Source: a virus
Taxonomy: Duplodnaviria; Heunggongvirae; Uroviricota; Caudoviricetes
Reading direction: 5' to 3' (one strand)
IMG/VR virus record: IMGVR_UViG_2693429605_000022
Span: 1 to 7,672 of that record
Length of the DNA: 7,672 nucleotides
How positions within the stretch are numbered: the stretch's first letter is position 1; each line of letters starts with the position of its first letter. The notes beneath the pieces were generated by a model. The model did not search any database. It had not been told where the DNA came from and was given only the letters and a program-made list of their open reading frames with translations. Positions 1 through 7,672 of the stretch are shown here, piece after piece. The translations under genes and the position numbers were made by a program.

Positions 1-52
1 CCGTTTGGCGATATCAAATCTGATGGCACGGTGAAAACGGCTCTCGAAAACC
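1..52. repeat. Inverted repeat: nt 1-52 are the exact reverse complement of 2000-2051 (3' end of the fiber constant region), and the repeat runs off the window edge
   Basis: Direct comparison: reverse complement of GGTTTTCGAGAGCCGTTTTCACCGTGCCATCAGATTTGATATCGCCAAACGG equals nt 1-52. Confidence 0.9.
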
Positions 53-525
53 AAAAAAAAAAGACAAATTCGGCATTACCCGTTGGTGTGCCTGTTCCGT
101 GGCCTTCCGCCACTCCGCCAACGGGGTGGCTAAAATGTAACGGAGCAGTATTTTCTTCTGAAAAGTACCCAAATCTGGCAAAGGCTTACCCAACATTAAA
201 ATTACCAGATTTACGCGGTGAATTTATTCGTGGCTGGGATGATGGGCGCGGGATTGACTCTGGTCGTAACTTATTATCTGCACAGAATGATGCAATTCAG
301 AATATTGTTGGTTCTTTTGGGCGTACCCAGCTTTTTAGAGACGTACTTAGTTCAGGGCCATTTAGTCAACATGGGCAAGTATTATCTACAGGTCTAAAGG
401 AAGCCGAAATTATTGAGGGTTATGGCGCTTATAACTGGACATTCGACGCATCTCGCTCAGTTCGCACAGCATCTGAAACCCGCTCCCGTAACATCGCCTT
501 TAATTATATTGTGAGGGCTGCATGA
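1..525 (+). CDS. Phage side tail fiber protein, 3' portion only (end of the shared constant region plus variable C-terminal cassette A); the 5' part lies upstream of the window
   Basis: Frame 1 is open from nt 1 ([17 protein letters not shown]...) to TGA at 523-525. Nt 1-52 are an exact inverted copy of 2000-2051, encoding the same peptide that ends the constant part of the fiber gene at 1545-2288. The stop overlaps the start of the downstream tfa (ATGA at 522-525), a typical fiber-tfa coupling. Confidence 0.7.
   Translation, partial: PFGDIKSDGTVKTALENQKKKTNSALPVGVPVPWPSATPPTGWLKCNGAVFSSEKYPNLAKAYPTLKLPDLRGEFIRGWDDGRGIDSGRNLLSAQNDAIQNIVGSFGRTQLFRDVLSSGPFSQHGQVLSTGLKEAEIIEGYGAYNWTFDASRSVRTASETRSRNIAFNYIVRAA
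41..66. other. Constant/variable junction of cassette A at the equivalent position; a possible degenerate crossover site in inverted orientation
   Basis: CTCTCGAAAACC AA AAAAAAAAGACA shares the constant-side half-site with site 1 in inverted orientation, but the other half is an A-tract and the central dinucleotide reads AA rather than the TT expected for an inverted partner. Confidence 0.3.
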
Positions 526-1127
526 TAAGTAAAGCTGTATTAAATAATGAACTCATCGCCACAAAGGCCGGAGACATTACCGTTTATAATTATGATGGTG
601 AAACACGGGAATATATTTCCACATCAACTGAATATCTTGCTGTGGGTGTTGGTATCCCGGCATGTTCCTGTTTAGATGCTCCTGGCTCATATAAAGCTGG
701 TTATGCAATTTGCCGTTCTGCAGATTTTAACTCATGGGAATATGTGCCAGACCATCGCGGTGAAATCGTCTATAGCACCGAAACAGGAGAATCAAAAGAA
801 ATCACAGTTCCGGGTGATTACCCTGAAAATACAACCACTATCGCCCCGTTAACGTCATACGATAAATGGGATGGTGAGAAATGGGTGACCGATACTGAGG
901 CACAGCATAACGCCGCAGTAGACGCGGCAGAAGTACGGCGCCAGTCACTGATTGATGCTGCTATGGCTTCCATTAGTCTGATTCAGCTGAAATTGCAGGC
1001 CGGGCGGAAGCTGACGCAGGCAGAAACAACCCGGCTTAACGCTGTGCTGGATTACATTGACGCGGTGACTGCAACAGATACCAGCACCGCGCCGGATGTC
1101 ATCTGGCCTGAACTACCGGAGGCGTAG
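522..1127 (+). CDS. tfa: Tail fiber assembly protein (Tfa chaperone, Mu U / P2 G / e14 TfaE-like), 201 aa, cognate to cassette A
   Basis: ATG at 522 is preceded by GAGGG (513-517) and overlaps the stop of the upstream fiber cassette. The N-terminus MISKAVLNNELIATKAGDITVYNYDGETREY and the C-terminal TSTAPDVIWPELP motif are characteristic of the Tfa family. Confidence 0.85.
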   Translation: MISKAVLNNELIATKAGDITVYNYDGETREYISTSTEYLAVGVGIPACSCLDAPGSYKAGYAICRSADFNSWEYVPDHRGEIVYSTETGESKEITVPGDYPENTTTIAPLTSYDKWDGEKWVTDTEAQHNAAVDAAEVRRQSLIDAAMASISLIQLKLQAGRKLTQAETTRLNAVLDYIDAVTATDTSTAPDVIWPELPEA

Positions 1128-1542
1128 GCCATTCAATATCTGGAGCACTGGAGGTATCAACCAGTTCCAGTGCGTCCAGATAATCCAGCCATAAATTATA
1201 TTGTTCCAGCTCGTAACCTTTCAGACGACCAATAGCAGCTTTGCCAGGCCACTGATGGGTATTGATGTAGGTATTGACTTCTGAAACCAAAGATATCTTT
1301 TTCATTTCAGCCGCCAGCATCTCATCCTCTTTTGAAGGCGGCGGGGAATTAATCCATATTGGCCGTCCTGAACTGTCAGCGCCAATTTCTTTCCCTTCTG
1401 GATGCAGCCCAAGAAATTGCTCATATGTTTCTCTGGTAATTTCAATAACATCATCAGGAAGCGTTCCCGCATCCTCATATTCTGGAAACAATTCTTGCAG
1501 ATAAAAACTTTTACTTGCGGGTGAAAAGAATACTGAGTTCAT
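1099..1542 (-). CDS. tfa: Tail fiber assembly protein (Tfa), 147 aa, cognate to fiber cassette B
   Basis: ATG (1542-1540) lies 2 nt after the TAA stop of the fiber gene at 1545-1547. The C-terminal motif TSSAPDIEWPTPP is the conserved Tfa C-terminus. Its 3' end overlaps the convergent tfa at 522-1127 by 29 nt. Confidence 0.8.
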   Translation of the reverse strand: MNSVFFSPASKSFYLQELFPEYEDAGTLPDDVIEITRETYEQFLGLHPEGKEIGADSSGRPIWINSPPPSKEDEMLAAEMKKISLVSEVNTYINTHQWPGKAAIGRLKGYELEQYNLWLDYLDALELVDTSSAPDIEWPTPPVVQAR

Positions 1543-1544
1543 TC

Positions 1545-2288
1545 TTACCGTCCAATGATTAACGCTGAGACGCTGGTATCTGAAGGAAAGGCTGCATTCA
1601 GTGGTTTGTCGACTTTGAACACAATCGTATTATTCCCCCTGACAGCGGCAAAAGAACAAACCGCCGTCGCGTATGAACCTGTAATATTACTGGATACACC
1701 ACCATAAGCTGTTGTTGATACCAGAGGGATAACGCCCAGCACCTTATTAGGAAATACAAAGGGCAATGTGGCTGTGGCAATATAAGACTTATTAGAACCT
1801 GTAATGGCATAAGCATTATCAGTCATTCCATTCATCGCCACTGGACCGCTTATACTTACAGTAACCATCTGAATGATTAGCCCGTCAGGTTGACGAATCA
1901 CAAAATTTCCATTGCCACCAGTAACCGTCCAGAAAGACATATCAGGGATTTGGTTTTCCCCGTTGCCCACATTTCGTTTTGCCGCTTCTCCCAAACCAAG
2001 GTTTTCGAGAGCCGTTTTCACCGTGCCATCAGATTTGATATCGCCAAACGGATTCTTGCGGCTTAACAGCAGCGCACGAAGCGCGGTAAGCAGCTGGTCA
2101 TGCCGCCCCTTCTCCAGGCTGGCACCGGATGCCTCCACCACGCTGCAGAGTTCTTCCTGCAACATGTCAAAGTAGTCATCATCCAGATCGGTGGCAGGTG
2201 TGCCGGTCTGGGGGTTACCACGGGTAAAACCGTTCTTACCCGCGCCGAACTTATCCTTCTGCGCGGTTTTCGTGTCTATACGATGCAT
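1545..2288 (-). CDS. Phage side tail fiber protein, complete (247 aa): N-terminal constant region (~96 aa, 2288-2000) joined at a hix-like site to variable cassette B (1999-1545)
   Basis: ATG at 2288-2286 lies 3 nt downstream of the stop of the upstream tail gene. The constant part ends ...[17 protein letters not shown], identical to the window start on the other strand. The variable part begins [21 protein letters not shown], closely similar to the start of cassette C (3992-4365). The protein is Gly/Thr/Asn/Ser-rich, typical of fiber tips. Confidence 0.8.
   Translation of the reverse strand: MHRIDTKTAQKDKFGAGKNGFTRGNPQTGTPATDLDDDYFDMLQEELCSVVEASGASLEKGRHDQLLTALRALLLSRKNPFGDIKSDGTVKTALENLGLGEAAKRNVGNGENQIPDMSFWTVTGGNGNFVIRQPDGLIIQMVTVSISGPVAMNGMTDNAYAITGSNKSYIATATLPFVFPNKVLGVIPLVSTTAYGGVSSNITGSYATAVCSFAAVRGNNTIVFKVDKPLNAAFPSDTSVSALIIGR
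1986..2011. other. Candidate 26-bp hix/gix-like invertase crossover site 1, inside the fiber gene at the constant/variable junction
   Basis: TTCTCCCAAACC AA GGTTTTCGAGAG has imperfect dyad symmetry around a central AA and strongly resembles recalled hixL (TTCTTGAAAACC AA GGTTTTTGATAA). The identity with the window-start copy ends exactly at the centre. Confidence 0.6.
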
Positions 2289-2291
2289 GGA

Positions 2292-3971
<1,680 letters not shown>

Positions 3972-3991
3972 ATAAATCACCCTGAATAAAA

Positions 3992-4365
3992 TTACTCACC
4001 AACAGCCCACCAACTGTAATGCATAGATACCGTGTCACTGGTTGATGACGTTCTGTAAGCAGAATTAAAGCCGGTTAACGTAGGGCCTTCTGCAGTCATC
4101 ACGAACCCTCGCCCAGCGCCTAAAGGCGCACCGCCATCACCAGAATGGGTAAGAATGGCGCAGTCCGCTTTTTTAGGGAAAGGGATAGGAAATGTAATCC
4201 TCATTGTTTGCGTCGATAATTTCGGCATAGCCTCGCCTCGACCATATTGCAGAATTTTACCGTTGGGTAATTTCATCCATCCATCACCACTGGCAAAAGA
4301 GGCCATGTCCGGTATCTGATTTTCCCCTGTCCCTACATCCCGTTTTGCCGCTTCTCCCAAACCAA
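3992..4365 (-). other. Silent (start-less) alternative tail fiber C-terminal cassette C, beginning at a hix-like crossover site and ending at TAA 3994-3992
   Basis: Reading the minus strand from the site gives [24 protein letters not shown]..., matching the start of cassette B in frame. About 65 nt (4300-4365) are near-identical to 1935-1999. The extra N-terminal residues in the ORF-track entry 3992..4405 are read-through of the invertase upstream region. Confidence 0.6.
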
Positions 4366-4377
4366 CGTTTATGAAAA
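4352..4377. other. Candidate hix/gix-like crossover site 3, 55 bp upstream of the invertase start and at the start of cassette C
   Basis: TTCTCCCAAACC AA CGTTTATGAAAA has a left half and core identical to site 1 and a right half resembling the hix half-site. Position next to the invertase gene mirrors gixR-gin in Mu. Confidence 0.6.
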
Positions 4378-4431
4378 TGCAGAAATAACGAGCAAATGGC
4401 ATCATTCCTGCTTTTGTCAGGGAGATCTACC

Positions 4432-4986
4432 ATGCTTATTGGCTATGTACGTGTGTCAACAAATGACCAGAACACAGATCTACAACGTAATGCGCTGAAC
4501 TGTGCAGGATGCGAGCTGATTTTTGAAGACAAGATAAGCGGTACAAAGTCCGAAAGGCCTGGACTGAAAAAACTGCTCAGGACATTATCGGCAGGTGACA
4601 CTCTGGTTGTCTGGAAGCTGGATCGGCTGGGGCGTAGTATGCGGCATCTGGTCATTCTGGTTGAGGAGTTGCGCGAACGAGGCATCAACTTTCGTAGTCT
4701 GACGGATTCAATTGATACTAGTACCCCAATGGGGCGCTTTTTCTTTCATGTGATGGGTGCCCTGGCTGAAATGGAGCGTGAACTGATTGTTGAACGAACA
4801 AAAGCTGGACTGGAAGCTGCTCGCGCACAGGGACGAATTGGTGGACGTAAGCCAAAACTAACGGATGAGCAGTGGGCGCAGGCAGGGAGACTAATCGCTG
4901 CAGGAGAAACGCGTCAGCGCGTAGCATTAATTTATGATGTAGGAGTGTCAACACTATACCGAAAATTTCCTGTAGGCAGGGATTAG
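4432..4986 (+). CDS. pin: Site-specific DNA invertase, serine recombinase of the Pin/Gin/Cin/Hin family, 184 aa
   Basis: ATG at 4432 with AGGGAG 7 nt upstream. N-terminal MLIGYVRVSTNDQ carries the catalytic serine, the central block is VVWKLDRLGRSM...GINFRSLTDSIDTSTPMGRFFFHVMGALAEMERELI, and there is a C-terminal HTH. Near-identical in pattern to recalled Gin/Pin. The ORF-track start at 4396 is a non-coding extension. Confidence 0.93.
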   Translation: MLIGYVRVSTNDQNTDLQRNALNCAGCELIFEDKISGTKSERPGLKKLLRTLSAGDTLVVWKLDRLGRSMRHLVILVEELRERGINFRSLTDSIDTSTPMGRFFFHVMGALAEMERELIVERTKAGLEAARAQGRIGGRKPKLTDEQWAQAGRLIAAGETRQRVALIYDVGVSTLYRKFPVGRD

Positions 4987-5215
4987 ACATGATGCAGGCC
5001 ACCGGTAAAGATTGATGCTGGCAGACAGCACAACTTTACAGCCCAAACTGTCGAGCTCTTGGGAACTCAGACACTAGCCATATATCGGCTCTCTTAGAGC
5101 CGGTGAACCCTCTAAATCAATTCGCCCAGAATGATATTTTTGTACTGGGCAGACCATCACAATTCGGTAATAGACAGCATCAAAGGCAGCTAAATAAACC
5201 TTAGGCTTATCCACA

Positions 5216-6724
5216 TTACATATCTGCATCAGGAGCCAGTGGGTGTCGAAGATAATGTTCCTGAAGAACATCTGCAATTGATTTCAGATTGTCTTCCTTA
5301 ACAATGGAAAGAATGTCACGTCCATTTTTCCAGTCTAATGATATTTTTGTATTTCTTTGCTTCTGATGAAGCAGCAGCTCAAGTGCTTCAGGTTCAAAAT
5401 CTGATGAGGTCCAGAATGAAAAAGTCATTTTTCGGTCACGGTACACATGAATCTGACTGTAGAATTTTCTGATGCGTTGAACTCGTTCGAGCCACTTTTC
5501 GATCATTTCGACTGAAATTAGTCGCTTAACTTCATAGCCTTTACATTCGTAGCACTTAATTTCTGCTTCGCCTCTAAAACCAATCACATCTATTTCAGCC
5601 TTACCTGCCTCGGTACTGATTTGTTTATTCAAGTCCACAGTGCTGACATTTTGGGTTTTCAGTACGATGTGACCAACTAACATTTCAAACATTACGCCTC
5701 TTATATTGATTGCGGCGCCTTCAATCCTCGTAAGTCCTTTAAATAGTTCGTTGATTTTTTCTGGGTTTGCTGCCGCAATAGCACTGGCACGATTAAGAGT
5801 ATTTAATAAACTGGACAGTAGTGCTGAAATGTCTTGACCAAGTAGGTTAGATACTGTTGTAGCCATTACACCAGCTTGTTTCGCAAGGCGAAAGGCTTCT
5901 GGATCAAAACGTTCTGCAATCAGCATAGCTAGAAACGGGCGAGTATTTCGCATATTTCTGCATCGCTGTACTTTCGTGAGATAGGTTTGGATGCTTTTGC
6001 TATCTAAATCATTGTATATGACATCTGCAACAATGAAGCCATTACTCATTTCACCTTTTTGTACTGTTGCTAAAGGCATAATATATGACGGAGCACATAT
6101 GTCCCAATGGTGATGGCTAAATGAAGGCATATTCTGAGAGTTACGGACTTGGACCTTATTAAAGCTGCCAAGGCTATTGTGTTTAATCCAGTCAGCTACA
6201 CCTTTAATGAGAATATCTTCAACCAGCAATTGGTTTCGGACATGTTGGGTATCCGTTACCCCGTTAATATTATTTATGTAAGTAACAAGACAATCCCCCA
6301 AAACGACATCAACTTCCCTACGCAGAACTGAACCTTTAAGCAATTGCGCTTCAAGACGGCTTGACGCAATGTGTCCCTTCAGTTTGTCCGGACTCCCTGA
6401 AACCTTGCTAAAAAGATATGTCGGGATCGCCCCTTGATAAGGGTGGAAAGCGAAAAAGGTGTGAGCATAGACTGTTCTTGCATTTACATGACTTTCAAGC
6501 AATGCAATCCAATATCGACGAGAGTTATAGTCCTTTGTCAGATAGAGAAATGCTTCATTTTTGGGCAAAGAAAAATGAGTAAAACGTTGAACATCACCTC
6601 CAACGCGGGAGATTCGCTGTCTGGCGTTAACTTCTGTTAGGCCATTGGCTATCAGTTTTTCTCTTAAGGCAGATGAGGACATCGGCCCGTAGATATGTAG
6701 AAGTTGTTCTATGGATGGTTTCAT
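5216..6724 (-). CDS. Hypothetical protein, 502 aa, no family recognised; cargo-position gene between invertase and ssrA; possible N-terminal wHTH-like region and C-terminal PD-(D/E)xK-like nuclease motif (tentative)
   Basis: Long uninterrupted ORF in visibly AT-rich DNA (codons rich in AAA/AAT/ATT), convergent with pin. Candidate motif EIDVIGF...(E)AEIK/CYECKGY at about residues 377-395 fits hD...(D/E)xK spacing. No obvious Shine-Dalgarno before the ATG at 6724, so the exact start is uncertain (next Met is residue 15). Confidence 0.8.
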   Translation of the reverse strand: MKPSIEQLLHIYGPMSSSALREKLIANGLTEVNARQRISRVGGDVQRFTHFSLPKNEAFLYLTKDYNSRRYWIALLESHVNARTVYAHTFFAFHPYQGAIPTYLFSKVSGSPDKLKGHIASSRLEAQLLKGSVLRREVDVVLGDCLVTYINNINGVTDTQHVRNQLLVEDILIKGVADWIKHNSLGSFNKVQVRNSQNMPSFSHHHWDICAPSYIMPLATVQKGEMSNGFIVADVIYNDLDSKSIQTYLTKVQRCRNMRNTRPFLAMLIAERFDPEAFRLAKQAGVMATTVSNLLGQDISALLSSLLNTLNRASAIAAANPEKINELFKGLTRIEGAAINIRGVMFEMLVGHIVLKTQNVSTVDLNKQISTEAGKAEIDVIGFRGEAEIKCYECKGYEVKRLISVEMIEKWLERVQRIRKFYSQIHVYRDRKMTFSFWTSSDFEPEALELLLHQKQRNTKISLDWKNGRDILSIVKEDNLKSIADVLQEHYLRHPLAPDADM

Positions 6725-7111
6725 TGAGTGTCACACTGCGCTATTTATAATATAACTACATTAGCGGATGATGAGTTCAAGATTAGTAAGGTTATGTTTT
6801 AACATATTGATAAACATGAATAAAAAATGTGTGTGATGCTTGTTTTTTCAGTGTTTGTCACAGTGCGTTTTTTAATCGATGTTTTTGTGTTAAAAACGTC
6901 CTACTTAGTTAATGTAATTGCACGTTTTATTGCGATTTTTTTTGGCCGCTTAACTTAGTTGTACTTGTTTGCTAGAGAGGTTATTTAAACCAGCTTCGCT
7001 GCCATTGGTCAAATAGGTAATGGTGTTATCTGGTATCCGAAAGTACCAATGAAGGTAAAAAGGAATTCCATCCCATAACACGAAGAGGGATAGCGTGTTG
7101 CCGCAGGTAAT

Positions 7112-7142
7112 AAAAACGAAAAAGCCCGCATTAGCGGGCTTT
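7112..7142 (-). terminator. Rho-independent terminator on the minus strand, downstream of ssrA
   Basis: Minus-strand reading gives a GC-rich hairpin AAAGCCCGC-TAAT-GCGGGCTTT followed by TTTTTCGTTTTT. It lies about 130-160 nt past the mature tmRNA 3' end and upstream of the AT-rich leader of the 502-aa gene. Confidence 0.55.
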
Positions 7143-7270
7143 CATGTCACTTGGGAGCCGCGGCTCCTTTGCGTATCCTTTTTTGTCTCCTCACCGTCTG
7201 GTCGGTGTCCTGCTGAGACTGCTAACTTCCTGTTTTTATTGGTGTTGTCCTTACACCGTCCAATCATGAT

Positions 7271-7633
7271 TGGTGGAGCTGGCGGGAGTTGAACCCGCGT
7301 CCGAAATTCCTACATCCTCGGTACTACATGCTTAGTCAGTCTTTACATTCGCTTGCCAGCTGCGGACGGACACGCCACTAACAAACTAGCCTGATTAAGT
7401 TTTAACGCTTCAACCCCAGGCAGGGCTTCCACGCGATCTCTTTTGGGTTTGACCTCTCTTGATCCCCGTCCTAAGAGCGGAGGCTAGGGAGAGAGGGCTC
7501 TAAGCAGGTTATTAAGCTGCTAAAGCGTAGTTTTCGTCGTTTGCGACTATTTTTTGCGGCTTTTTACGAGGCCAACCGCCCCTCGGCATGCACCTTGGGT
7601 TTCGCAAATCCCGTCGAATCCAGAATCAGCCCC
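7271..7633 (-). ncRNA. ssrA: tmRNA (transfer-messenger RNA, SsrA), complete 363 nt, enterobacterial type
   Basis: Minus strand reads GGGGCTGATTCTGGATTCGACGGGATTTGCGAAACCCAAGGTGCATGCC ... GGTTCAACTCCCGCCAGCTCCACCA. The tag reading frame GCAAACGACGAAAACTACGCTTTAGCAGCTTAA encodes ANDENYALAA plus stop. It matches the E. coli tmRNA as I recall it. Confidence 0.97.
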
Positions 7634-7647
7634 AATGTGTAAAGGTA

Positions 7648-7656
7648 AGTATACCA
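7648..7656 (-). promoter_or_regulatory. Probable ssrA promoter extended -10 element (TGgTATACT on the minus strand), about 8 nt upstream of the mature tmRNA 5' end; -35 region at or beyond the window edge
   Basis: Minus strand reads ...CTGGTATACTTACCTTTACACATT|GGGGCTG. Position and sequence fit a sigma70 extended -10. Confidence 0.45.
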
Positions 7657-7672
7657 GATTTATGAGCGCCAT

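Noticed and set aside
14-196. 60-aa minus-strand ORF
   Set aside because: Lies entirely antisense within the tail fiber cassette A reading frame, with no start context or recognisable product; regarded as a shadow ORF.
1274-1504. 76-aa plus-strand ORF (Ser-rich)
   Set aside because: Antisense to the well-supported tfa gene at 1099-1542; low-complexity translation; shadow ORF.
4366-4431. N-terminal extensions of the ORF-track entries 3992..4405 (MMPFARYFCIFIN) and 4396..4986 (MASFLLLSGRST)
   Set aside because: These are read-through of the intergenic crossover-site region. The fiber cassette homology starts at the site core (4365) and the invertase at MLIGYVRVS (4432) with a good RBS.
4443-5002. 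Minus-strand ORFs 4443..4688 and 4718..5002
   Set aside because: Antisense to the highly conserved invertase gene; no features of their own.
5074-5277. 67-aa minus-strand ORF in the pin / 502-aa gene intergenic region
   Set aside because: Its 5' part overlaps the 3' end of the 502-aa gene in another frame, and it has no RBS or recognisable product. The intergenic region is more likely 3' UTR, with hairpins at about 5086-5102 and 5124-5150, neither followed by a T-tract.
6149-6640. Plus-strand ORFs 6149..6331 and 6434..6640
   Set aside because: Antisense within the long 502-aa ORF; AT-rich DNA readily gives short open frames.
6725-7111. Possible small protein genes in the AT-rich leader
   Set aside because: Only very short frames of about 14-22 codons without ribosome-binding sites were found on either strand; not reported as genes.
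7095-7292. 65-aa plus-strand ORF spanning the terminator and the tmRNA 3' end
   Set aside because: Overlaps the terminator hairpin and the tmRNA gene; the tmRNA identification is unambiguous, so this is spurious.

Overview
This window is the tmRNA (ssrA)-proximal end of a horizontally acquired, prophage-derived region, apparently enterobacterial. Nt 1-4986 hold a Mu/P1/e14-type tail-fiber variation module on both strands: tail fiber genes with a shared N-terminal constant region and three alternative C-terminal cassettes, cognate tail-fiber-assembly (Tfa) genes, a Pin/Gin/Cin/Hin-family serine invertase, and hix/gix-like crossover sites at the constant/variable junctions. The module is interrupted by a 3'-truncated IS3-family insertion sequence (2852-~3835) that clips the start of a tail gene and is fused to a Tfa remnant. 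Between the invertase and ssrA sits one large, visibly AT-rich ORF (5216-6724, minus, 502 aa) that I cannot assign to any family; it is preceded by a ~390 bp AT-rich non-coding leader. It occupies the prophage-end cargo position and is the best candidate here for an undescribed system, possibly a nuclease-type defence gene, though that is inference from context and a short motif. The window ends with a minus-strand terminator and a complete tmRNA gene (7271-7633, minus). No CRISPR array, rRNA or tRNA was seen. All calls rest on reading the sequence and recalled family knowledge; no database search was run.
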